The translations under genes were made by a program, and so were the position numbers. Of a stretch of 64,000 nucleotides of DNA, positions 33,130 to 44,720 are shown piece by piece (within the stretch, counting starts at the first letter, position 1; the number at the start of each line of letters is the position of its first letter). Under the pieces are notes generated by a model. It searched no databases. It saw only the letters and a program-made list of their open reading frames with translations, and was not told where the DNA came from. Source of the DNA: Camelus dromedarius (lineage: Eukaryota); assembly GCF_036321535.1 (NCBI RefSeq), contig NC_087461.1:27528001-27592000 (forward strand), in the 5' to 3' direction.

Positions 33130-34640
33130 TTTTTATGAAGCCAGAATTTACATATGGTGGAATTCAATCTCTTTAGGCTACACTTCTGTGGGTTTTGACT
33201 AATGCATACAGTCATGTAACCATCACATAATGAAGATGTAGACTAGTTCTGTTACCCAAAAAGCTCCCCTGCTGCTTTGAAGTCAGACTTTCCTCCCACC
33301 CGAACCCCCTGGCAACGGCGGATCTGTTTCCCATCCTTAGGATTTTGCATTTTTCAAAATGGAGCTGTGTAACACGTGGCCTTTGGAATCTGACTTCTTT
33401 ATCTTAGAAAACTGCCGGGACCCCTCCCCGCCGTGGCCTGGATGCTTCCTGTCGCTGACACGAGCACCGACCGTTGCACGCCGCCGTCCATCCACTCACC
33501 GGGCGAACGGCTGTGTGGGCCCCAGCTGTTGGTGATCGTTAGGAAAGCTGTGTTGCAGTAAACCTTTACTTACAGGCGTTAGCTGTGCGCTAAGCTCCCC
33601 CTGTCTGTGTGTCTCTTTTCATGCTGCTGTAACTCTGACTTGACTAACACAGCTTTGTCATAAGTCTTGAAATTGGGGAGAGTGAGTCCTTTAACTTGGT
33701 TTTTAAAACTGCTTGACTATTGATTTGTCTTTTTACATACATTTTTAGACACAGCTACTCAATTTCTACAACAAATCCTGCTGAAATTTTGACTGGAATT
33801 GTTTTGAATTTATAAATCAACTTAGAAGCAACTGACATCTAAGCAATTTTGAGTTTTTCCAATTATAAACATGGTGTCTCTGTCTCTCTCTCTGGTTTTT
33901 TTTTTTTTTTTTGGTCCTTGTGGAATTACTTTATCAGTATTTTATTTTATCACCATATATATCTTTAACATAATTCGTTAGATTTGTACCTGAGTTTCAT
34001 ATTTTGAGCACTTTAAAATTTTCAAATTTTAATTGTTTGTTGCTAGCGTACATGATTGAAATATGATTGAAACTTTCACACTGACTCCATATCCTGGGAA
34101 CTGGTGAGCTGGAACGTTACTTTTCATAGCTTGTTCACTGACACGTTGTAGGATGTTCTAAGGAAGAAAATGGCATCATCTGCAAATAGACAGTGTTCTT
34201 TCTTCCTTCCATGTTAACTTCTCTGTTACTATTTCCTTCCCCTATTGTGCTGGCCGGGACCCTCAGTATGATGCTTATGGGGGTCCTAAGTGTAGCCCTG
34301 GTTTTCCCCAGTCTTACGGGGGAACAATTCAATCTATGCTGTTAGCTATAGATTTTTTTTTTTTTTTGGTAGATATCTTTTTTTTTTTTTTCCAGCTGAG
34401 GAAGTATCCTTCTATTCCTAATTTGTTGAGAGCTGTTATCATCCTGAACTTGGTCAGAATTTCTGCCTCTGTGAAATGTCCATGTCTTTTCTTATTCATT
34501 ATGTTAATAAAGTGGATTACATTGCGTTTTTAATGTTGAACTAGTCCTTCATTCCTGGATAAGCCCTACTTGGAATTAGGTATTATCCCTTTATGGGTTG
34601 CTGGATTTGATTTGCTAGGGGTTTGCTGAGGATTTTTGCT
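33130..34640 (-). mobile_element. Old L1 3' UTR plus ORF2 fragments (L1MB/MC-like)
   Basis: 'catacagtcatgtaaccatcac', 'tttgactggaattgttttgaatttataaatcaacttagaag', 'ggcatcatctgcaaatagacagt', 'aggaagtatccttctattcctaatttgttgagag'. Confidence 0.85.
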
Positions 34641-34669
34641 GATTCTCTGTCTCATTTCCTTTTCCTCCT

Positions 34670-34880
34670 TCTGGTCAGACAGAAAAGCTTTCTTTCCCAG
34701 CCTCACTTGCAGTTATCTGGGGCCAGGTGATGGTTCTGGCCAATTGGACAGTAGTGATACGTATCATTTTGAGCTGAAACATGAGTTTTCTTTCTCTCTT
34801 TCAACCTCTGCCAAGGTGTTTGTGCTGCTGTTGTGCATTCTCGGGATGGAAGCAGACTAGAACACTGCTTGGAAAGCAGT
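34670..34880 (+). mobile_element. MaLR LTR fragment (MLT1H/J-like)
   Basis: 'tttcccagcctcacttgcagttatctggggccaggtgatggttctggccaattgg' is an MLT1 signature. Confidence 0.5.
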
Positions 34881-36519
34881 TTCTCTGGAGAAATCTTTGA
34901 CCTGCACACATTTTTTGGTAAATGGACAAGATATTTTGTCAATAAGTCACTGAGATTGGTTAACTTTGTTAACACAGTATAAATTAGCCTATTTCATAAA
35001 GTAAAAATATAGGATTTCAGTGAGTTACTATACAAGAAGAAATAAAATAAATATGATTATTGTTTTAGGTAAACCAGCTCAGGTCAAGAACATGCATCTG
35101 TTGTCCTGAATGGTGACCGTTAACACTTAATTTAACTGTTTGGCAAATATATATAAATATATATCTGTCTCCTAATTAATCACTGCCTTCCAAGATTTAG
35201 TCAAGACTAAGAAAACTATTTCCTAACATTTTAAACTTTAAATTTAAAAGGAATTTTTTTCTGCAAAAACAACTTCTAGGGCAGTTGGTCCATTTCCAAA
35301 AGACAGAGGAGTACAGAATTAAGATTTCCGACATGGAATAAACTAGAGAGAGGCCGTCAGCTAACTCTGACCCTTGTCAGACCTAAAGATGATCAGTGAG
35401 CACAGTGAGTATCAGATAAGGTCAGTTAAGCCGAGTGAATTCTCTCAAAGCAGTTGACATGCGTCAGTTACTGGTCACACTTGGAAGGAGCGATGGGTAA
35501 ACACACTCTAATGAACTTAGCTTTCTGCTCCAAGTGATTTTTTTTAACTTAAATCAGTAACATTTAACCACTAAATGCCATATAAAAGAAGCCGATGGAC
35601 AAGCAAGCTTAACAAAATGCCAATAATCCTAAATCATAGTTTATTTTGTGTTAAGAAAATGTGTTAGTGCTAGCATCTTTTTATGGTTATATACATTAAA
35701 TTCTTTAAAAATTAGAGTAAATATACAGGGAAATTTCTGCCCAAGTATCAACTGAGTAGTGAAGCCTATTTTCTTAATATGTGTTTACAAACTGAGTATG
35801 TGTGGTACGGAAATCATAGCCTCAGAAACTAGCCTCCCACGAAGCATGCAGGCTTCACGCTGCCGCACAGCGCCGCCTTTGTCAGGGTCTTTTAGCTTTC
35901 CAGGGAGTAAGTTCAAGTGTGATCCTTCTAAGGACTCTTTAGTCACCACAGAAACATTGATATGAAGGAAGATTTTGACACTTTATCTGTTTTATTTCAT
36001 CTTTCAGGGGATGAAGCTTCCACATGAAATCAGATCCTCAGATGGACTCACAGGATCCCATGTAAGGCTTAACTCCACTAGCAGTTCCATCGGCCATGGA
36101 ACATGCATCTATACACTCTATGTGATACGTGGCTTCCAAGGAAATCAGTGTCGTAAGCACTGTTCTTACCTACCCGCAGCAGGCGGGCATTGCTTCAAGA
36201 CTGTGAGTCTGCCTAGCGAGACAGAGCCGAGCCCAGTCCTCAGAAGGGGCGGGCCTCCGATGACTCCGTCTCACACTTTCCAGACATTTCCTCCTGCCTG
36301 TCATTGTCACCTTCATTCTGCCAGGTTATATTTCTCTCCACTTTTTTTTTTTCAGTTTCATATAACTAGAAAAACCATCCCCACAAATTTAGACTTTCAT
36401 AAATTCTCTCCAAACTGTTACTTCCATAAAACAAAGTATAAAATGTAAACTTACGCAGCGTCTACTGGGCTGGTGGGAACGTGCTTGGAGACGAGTATGA
36501 CTCACGTCCTCCCCCTCCC

Positions 36520-37330
36520 ACCCCAAGGAAATCCCGCAACATAGGTATTCGAGTTTGTTATGACGTCAGAGAAGCTCATCGTAAAACACGCTCCTAGAGG
36601 CTCCTCAGGTCAAAAGGGAGTTTGGCGGTGGCGTCAGGGACGTCAGGTCAGACCTCGGTAGCAGTTAACTTCCTCCTAGATTTTTTGTCCTCTTCCTTTC
36701 TTCCTACTTCTTTCTCCCCATCAAATCCAAATTTGGAGTCAATGAAGCCATCGGTCTCACATGACACTGAGGTGTGACTGGAGGCTGTGGGATTCTATAA
36801 TCTTCAAGAAGGATTTGTTAACCGAAATAAATACTGACCTTTCTAGAGGTATTTTTTAAGAAATGCACTTTCTAATGCCTGCATTCACCGCTCCCCCATC
36901 TCACTCTCCACTGTCAGCAGGAAGTAAAGCGCGTATGTCAGCACGTTCAGAGCTGGGAAGCAGCACAGCCCAGGCGGTATGCCTGTTTAAAGGTAAATCA
37001 GTTTACAGAATTTTGTAAAACCGAAAGGCAGGCGCATGATGTCAAGGGTTCCGTGGGCGGGGACCGGCACGAAGAGCGCTCCAACCCAGTGGAGAATCAG
37101 TAATGCTGGCGCTGTCGGTGCCGCCAGTCACGCGGCTCAGGCGGCCGCTGCTCCCGCGCGCGCGCGGTCATGACCACTAGTCACACCTGGGCATCGTACA
37201 GCACTTCATAATTTATTTTTTAAATCCCGAGTTATTTTATCTAATAGCAAATTGTTTTCAAGGGACGTGAGACTAAAAGCAGCGGGGGCGGGCTGGCAGA
37301 GACCTGAACTCGCGCGCCTCTCCTTTCCTT
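36520..37330. promoter_or_regulatory. Second CpG-enriched, promoter/enhancer-like patch with CRE sites and GC boxes
   Basis: Full CRE TGACGTCA at 36561-36568, GACGTCA at 36639-36645, CGTCA at 36632-36636, GC box GGGCGGGG at 37055-37062, (CG)6 at 37155-37166. Non-repetitive as far as I can tell. Confidence 0.5.
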
Positions 37331-39689
37331 GCGGTGAGAACAGGGCTTTCGCGCTCCATGCTCCTCGGTGGAAATTTAGCCCCACCGCTAGTATCTGGTC
37401 TCCATTCTGGTTTTAAGATCAAAATAGCGAAAGCTCTGAGCAGCTGACACAGGTTTGTACAAACCCTGCAATTAGGTACATTGACTCGTCTTAGGGGTGA
37501 AAATTCGAAGTGACAGGCCAGCTCAGAACTGAGGCAGGTAAGCCAGCTGTGCGTCCACAGCCGTCGTGGTCGGTCTCTAGTCCAGCCTCTCAAAACTATG
37601 ACTTGCCCTCCCTTAATGTAGCCAAAATTAATAGTCTTCGGTCGCTCACCATGTCAAGGATCTTTCTGAGCCTCCACGCAGCCCAGCCGGCGTCTCTTGG
37701 CACTGGCGGCCCTGCCTCCCTGAGCCCCTCCTGGTGAGCAGCTTCTGCCTCCTCCTTCCCGAACTGCCTTCCCCACGCCCTGTTCCTCCACAGTGCCGGC
37801 CTCAGCCCTTTCCCCTCCGCCCTGGACACACCCTCCTTCTGGAGATCCAGTTTTATGCCTTTACCTGTCCCTTCAGTTATTATGATAAAGTTTATCTACA
37901 TTGTTGCTCTGGAAATTGAAGTCTTCCTCCAGTATTTCCAGCTCATACAACACACTTACGTATTCACTGGACATGCGCTGTAATTGTGGGAGTTACAGAA
38001 GAAGCACAAACATCGCCTTGGCTTCTGGGGGCTTACATGTCCGTGGAGAGTTACGAAGACCAGATACATGATATATTTACTTTGAGAGACAACTTTGTCC
38101 TCAAAAGCAACTTTTCTGAGAAAGTGACATCTTCCTACAGCCACTAAAATCTCCGTTCTGCGCGCAGTCCATGAAGCTGAACTGAGAGTCGTCTGTTGAC
38201 TGATTCCTCGTCAAAGGACGGTGGACACTCGGCACCTGATGTCCTGCTGATACTTGTGTGATGTAGGCTCGGACTCAACGGTGTGTCTCCGCTTGAGCTG
38301 TTCTCGCCACGCTCGGGTTCTTAGCCGAGCCTCCAACCAGCCTCGCACGTTTCTCGCCCTCCTCTTTCAGCCTGTCCACTGCCGCCTGGCTCATCTTCTC
38401 AAAGGCTTCTTATGTCAAGAGTCCCTCCTTTATGGAAGCATTACGCCCTCCTATTTTGTGATATTAACTTCTCATACACTAAAATCTACTTGTTCAACAT
38501 CACTTTGCTTACCTCTTTGGTTTTATTCAAATCTTTGTGTTTTTCAAAACTTGATCAAGATTTAACTTCCCCAGGAAGGTTTCTCTGGTGGCTTTGCAGA
38601 CCATGTGGTCTTTTCTGATCCTAAATGATGACTCATTTGAATGGATCTATATAATCTCTAGTTTCACATAAAACTGTTTTGTATCTCAAACTCCATTTTA
38701 AGCTCCTTGAAGCTACATGACGTCTTTTCATTGCCCTCAAAATAGGCATATTTATCCATTCCTAGATCTTTTTATCCTTCTTTATTGAATGTTTTTAATT
38801 TTAAAGTTTATAATAATATAAAAAGAAAATGTTTAATATTAACATGATTTATTTAGTACCTTGATTTGCAAAGAAATTTTAAATATAAAACACCTAAATA
38901 ATCATTCAATATAACTTACTAATCTACCATAAGTTACTTAACTTACCAAATTGGCCAACTTCACTCTGATCTTGGATGCTGTAAAAGTCACCCCATAAGC
39001 AGTGTCAATTCACACAGGCAGTAGAATATTTTCTACATGAAGGAAGCTCAGATTAGACCAACACTGAGATTCATTTGTGAAAATCATCATTCACATTCAC
39101 ATTATATTACAAAAACAGAAAACACACATCTGCTAAAATTGGCATTCTCATCTTAACTGACTCATGCAGCTGGAGTGATAAACTACAATTTGCCAACAGG
39201 TTCACGCATCAGTCTGTGGCCCGGGTGGAAGTCACGTGCTCCTTCTGCCGCTGCAGCTGCTGGCAGGCACATCCCATAGAATGGCAGCTGCAGGTCAATG
39301 GACGTTCCTGAGAAGAAGAACACAGTGTCAAAGAGCCACTTCCCACAAACGTGTTAGCATAAAAACACTACAAATTGATGAGTGGCTTGTGCTGGGTCAG
39401 TCTAACCTTTGGCTGATGAATTCCAGCTTTTTTCCCAACTGAGTCAGTCAAGATGGGACTCGCCTCTTCATACCAAATTTACGTCATTGCGACAAAGGAG
39501 AAGAGTTGTTGCTGTGTGGAAATACCATGAATTCCATTGTCAGAAAGTTAGTTCATGAACATGCCACTGTTCTAAATCTAAATATGGAAACATAAGTAAA
39601 ATGTAGAAATATCTATGTCTAAATACAGCATTTCTCGTTCTATTTTTTATTTGCAGTCTATGTGGTGCTCTTCGATGTAAGAACAAATT

Positions 39690-40870
39690 GTGAACACATT
39701 CGAGTTAGAAAGCAGGGGCCTGACAGTTGAGCCTTTTTATTACTACGTAATGTTCTTGCCTCTTGTGATGGTTTTTGACAAAAAGTCTATTTTGTCTGAG
39801 GTAAGTGTAGCCAGCCCTGTCCTCTTTAGGTTATCGTTTTCATGGGGTGTCTCTCTCCGTCCCTTCACTTTCAGCCTCTGAGTGAGCGTCTTGAGCTGCT
39901 TACAGTTGGGTCGTCTTGTTTTATTCATTCCTTTACGCTGTCTGTTGGCTGCATAATCTAATCCATTTACATTTACAGTAATTATCAACAGGGAAAGATT
40001 TTCTATTCCCATTTCATTAGTTGTTTTCCATTAGCCTTATAGTCCTTTTGTCTGTCTCATTTTCTTTTGCTATCTTCTTTTTTCTATTGTTTATTTTTTT
40101 AAAATATGCTCTGAACCCTTTCTGTTTTTCTTTCATATACACGACGTAGGGTTTTTGTGGTCTCTTTGGGGCTTTCATTATAGCTTTCTCCTTCCCTTTA
40201 TGGCACATCTATGGTGCACATGTTAATCTACTTGATGGTGTTACAGAAGTCTCAAGGATTTTTTCTTTTTTCATTCTTTTTTAATTTCATTTCTTTGATT
40301 GAATTTTTCCATTGACTCGTCTTTGCATTGGCTTGATCAAGTCTGATACTGAACTCTCTAGTGAATTATTTAGTTCAGTTATTGTATTCTTTAGCTCCCT
40401 AATTTCTGTTTGGTATTTTTCCATATTATCTATTTCTTTTTAAATTTCTTGCTTTATTCTTGCATTGTTCTTGGGACTTCAATGAGTGTCTTTTAACAGC
40501 TATTTTAAATTCTCTATCAGGTAAAGCATATAACTTCATTTCATAAGGGTTGGTATCTGGAGATTTATCTTGTTTCTTTTTTGGAACATGGTTGCTTATT
40601 TCTTCATTTTCATTGATGTGCAAGCCAATCCCTACCTTCTATGGTAAAAGCCGGGAACATGGGGCACTGTGCTAGGATCCGGCACTCCTGTGGGAGGGTA
40701 CTGCCAATCTCCTTACCGGCTTGTGTGGAGCTGGCTTCATGGTTACCTGCAGCGTAAGAGTCTTTCACTTGATTTCTGGGCTTCTCAGAAGAGGAATGTG
40801 TCCATGAAATGGTGCTTAATTCATGGGGTGGAGGATGGTGTAGGCCCTTCTACTCTACCATCTTGCTGAT
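39690..40870 (-). mobile_element. L1 fragment: ORF1 region, inter-ORF and ORF2 endonuclease start
   Basis: Minus-strand ORF 39743-40012 reads 'LSLLIITVNVNGL...QRLKVKGRR...KRTGLATLTSDKIDF', a decayed L1 APE endonuclease N-terminus. 40426-40623 reads 'EMKLYALPDREFKIAV', which is L1 ORF1-like. Confidence 0.9.
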
Positions 40871-42559
40871 GTCACTCTAAATACCCCTTTTAAAATATGA
40901 AACTATTGAGAATCAATTTTTTTAACATTATCCAATTATTTAGATCCTTTCTTACTGATACATAATGCAGCTAGTTACTTAGTGCCCTCTCTGTTGATGA
41001 CAGCAGTCGGCCTTCACAGACTCTCTAAGCCCAGCCTGAATGGGAAGACCTTCTCACAATACGATACGTGTGTGGTACGTGAGGTTGGTGATATGCATCT
41101 TGCCACCTCTAACTTCAGACTTGCATAAAAATGTTTTGTATTTCAACAGGTCCCTCCTTCTCATGGCCCCCTTCATCAAGGCTTATGTTTGCTCTGTTTA
41201 TAGCAATGACTTCTAATTCTAGCAGCATTGAGATTGCAGTTTATTACTTGAAGTTCTCTCTGTGTTGCAAAATTCACTGCACATTGATAGCTAGTGATTT
41301 CCAAAGTTTGAAACCAACATGTTTGTCAGCAGTTAAATCCTCCCACCCTTAAACCCTAAAATTAGCAGCACTCATGTTATTAAAATGTGTCTTTGGAAGA
41401 AGGACAGCTTGGAGCTGCTCAAGTCACTGTGTGCACAGGGTTGGCAGGAAGATGAAAGTGCAAATTGCGAATCCCTGAAAGCTTTGAAGAGTTATAGCTG
41501 GAAGCCTTGGCAACACGTTACATTTTTAGGAATTAGATTTTGATACTCCTTGTGTGAAAACAGTGAGCTCCGAACTGCTCCTGTATCTTCTTAAGAAAGG
41601 ATCTCTCTGTTATTGCAGCTGAATTTTTAGTGACCATAGTTTGAAAAGAATTAGTGTTCTGAACAGCTCTTAAGAGATCCATGGAATTGTTCTTTTTTTT
41701 CCTTTTGCTTGTAATCTTTAAGAAAGCTATCTTAAAATTAATGTGAAATGCATCTAAACAACACGGTGACATCCAGTCATACTTTCATATTGCACGTGAC
41801 AATTAAGGAGGCAATCAACTTACCGTGGAGACATCAGGGGCAATCAGAATATGTACGCCGAGTGGTGCAAAGGCACTCTACACGACTCAACAGACAAGAT
41901 TTTTTGACAACCCTAAACAATTGTTGAAGTATAAAATAACTCTGAGATTAAAAGTGAACAAATTCTGACTAGTGTGAAACAGAAAAACAACCAAAGAAGA
42001 ATAGCTTACTTTGAAACAGTCCCAGGTAGCTTTAGTATAATTTTGCCTGGCAAAAGGAACAGTGTCATTGATTTCCAAGGTCTCTTTGAACCTTCCTGTT
42101 TGAGCACCCTCATTTTCTTCTTTCAAGGGTGCAACATGTATTTTGAAGGCCCTGGTCAGAAGATGCACCCGCCATCTACTTACAGTTCTTTTTTTGTTTG
42201 TCTGACGTGGCTTAGGTGTAGAGAAGACAGTGCCCCGTAGAACTGGTAGGTTGCTTAATTTTCTCACTGGTCCATAGAGAGGATGTTTGAAAAAAATTCT
42301 GAGGTCAATAAAGTCAGAGGAAAGATACACAGGCAAGAGAAGGCAAGTTTGTTTTGAGCACTGTGTTTCTGTAAGAGCCCTAACTCACAGGTTGGCCCTG
42401 TTCTTTAGAAATAGGAGCATTTTACTAAAATACTCCGTGCTTCTTCCGCTTTGTATCCTGAAACTTTTCCTTAATTGCTCATTAGCGCCAGAATCTTTTG
42501 TCAATTATTACAAAGTTTTTACAAATGTGATTATGTCATGGGCAAACAAAGCCAGTTTC

Positions 42560-44100
42560 ATTTCTTTCTTGCTGATGTGAGTTTGCTTTTATTTCTTTTC
42601 CTTTCTTTTCACCTTCCAGTGTGATGTCGAAATGCAGTGAAAGGGGCACAATTTCCTTGTTCTGATCTTTGCAGAAACACGTGCGCTTCTCACCATTAAG
42701 TATGATGCTAGCTGTAGATTTTCACACATTTTCTTTATCAAACTGAGAAAGTTCCCCTCTTTTAAGCTTACTGAGGGTTTTTAACATGAGTGTGTGTTGG
42801 ATTTTCTCAAATGCTTTTTCTGCATCTATTGATGTGATTAGATGATTTTTCGTTCTTAGCCCATTGATGTGTGAGTTATAATCATTGATTTCAAATGCAG
42901 AACCAGCCTTGCCTACCTGGGATGAACCCCACCTGACCATACTGTGTAATTCTTTGTATGCGTTGTTGGGCTTGATTTGCTAATGATTTGCTGAGGATTT
43001 TTACATGTTTTGTTTGTAAGATTATTGGTCTGTAGCTCTTTTCTTATAATGTCTCTGTCTGGTTTTGGTATTAGGGTAATGCTGGCCTCACAGGATGAGC
43101 TGTGAAGTATTCTCTCTATTTCTATCCTCTGAAAGGAATAGTAGAGAATTGGCTTAATTTCTTCCTGAAATGCTTGCTAGAATTCACCTATGAACCCATT
43201 AGGTCTGGTTCATATTTTTGGTTCTTTCTTAGGATTTCCATCTCTCTGCTCACATTGCCCAGCTGTTCTTGCTCGCTGCCTGCTTTATCCGTTAGAACCT
43301 TAGCATATTTAGCACAGTTGCTTTAAATTCCTGGTCTGATAATGCCAACATCCCAGCTCTGTCTGATTCTGAATCATGCGCTGTCTCTTTTTCTTTTGGC
43401 TTTGCTATAACTTGTAATTTTGTTTTTCTTGATAGCCAGACATGATGCAGCAGGTAAACTAAACTTCTCTGGGTGGGTCTGTAGTGATGCGGTAGGCGTC
43501 AGGGAGGGAAGCCCTCCTCTAGCCCTGGGAGGACGTCTCAATCTGTGAGTGAGCCACTGCCTCCGGACTGTGAGCTTCACGTGTGTGTGACGACTGTCTC
43601 TCTCCTTTAGGCAGGAGAGGGTGGCTAGAGGGGGCTGAGCATCTCCCTCCACCTGCGCTGCAGCTGAGGGCCCCTCCCCAGGTCCCGGAGGCACTGAGGA
43701 AGCCCAGTGGACTAGGCTCTGGTTGCACAGCTTCCCCCGAGGGCAGGCCTTGCGAGAAGAACACAGTGCTCTGGAATATTTCAAAATGGCGCTCTTTTCC
43801 CTCCCTCTGTGGGAAGCAGGAGGGAATTCTTCTCTGGCATTTATGCTAGGAACCCAGTCAAAGTCCTTGAAGGTAAATCTCACAAATTGTGGGGGCGCTC
43901 CTATAACTAGGTCCCCTTGGGATTTTCGCTCTCAGCGTTGGCCATCCCGAGCCTCCAGCGAGTAGCTAATGACAGCTCTGGCTTTCCTCCCCCAGCACTG
44001 GCTCCTGCAGCAGTGTCTGCTCCAGCCTGCCCGGTGCCCCCGCTCACCCACCTTCCCAACACATTCACACGTGTTAGGTCGTCTACTAGGTAAGCACCCA
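42560..44100 (-). mobile_element. L1: ORF2 reverse-transcriptase fragment (~42560-43200) abutting an ORF1/5' region (~43230-44100)
   Basis: '[36 protein letters not shown]' is the L1 RT motif. 'ttccatctctctgctcacattgccc...ttaaattcctggtctgataat' is the L1M ORF1 5' region. Confidence 0.85.
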
Positions 44101-44509
44101 TGACGCCGTGTTGCCTCCTCGCAGCCCTCTTTCCTTCTGTTTGGGGTGATGGCTTAAGCCCAGGAATGGATGTTGACACAGGCAGTGCTCCGGGTTCCAG
44201 TCGTAATGGAACCATTTGTCGTTCTGAGGGCAAAGGTAATTTGGCGACAGTCGTGCTTCACCGTGCTCGTGGGCACGGCCGGCAGAGAGGCAGAGATGGG
44301 CCAAGACCCTTGGCAGTAAAAACAGGCCATGGGGATGCAACCTGCTCACGTGAGGGGTGGATCTGGGTGTGCAAAACAAAATTTGGGTTAAAAGGAGGCA
44401 TACAGAAAACTCAAATGGCAAATGGAGCAAAAAAGCCGACATCTTCTGTGGACGTTAATAAAAATAAAGGGATGATTTTAAAAGTGGCCAGATTCAGTTC
44501 TTTCTTTTC

Positions 44510-44720
44510 TTAAAATTTAATTAATTAATTAATTAACTAACCTTTTGTTGACGAGCAGCCCGTTTACAGCGCTGAGTCAATGGCTGGCGCACGGCGTCAT
44601 GTTTCAGTCGTACACATACATGCATGTGTTCATTTTCATGTTCCTTTTCATTTAGGTTACCACAGATATTGACTATAGTTCCCCGTGCTGTACAGAAGGA
44701 ACTTACAGTTTATCAATAAC
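44510..44720 (-). mobile_element. 5'-truncated lineage-type L1 3' end with a (TTAA)n tail
   Basis: Aligns to the reverse complement of 52215-52548: 'atattgactatagttccccgtgctgtacagaagg'. Confidence 0.85.
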
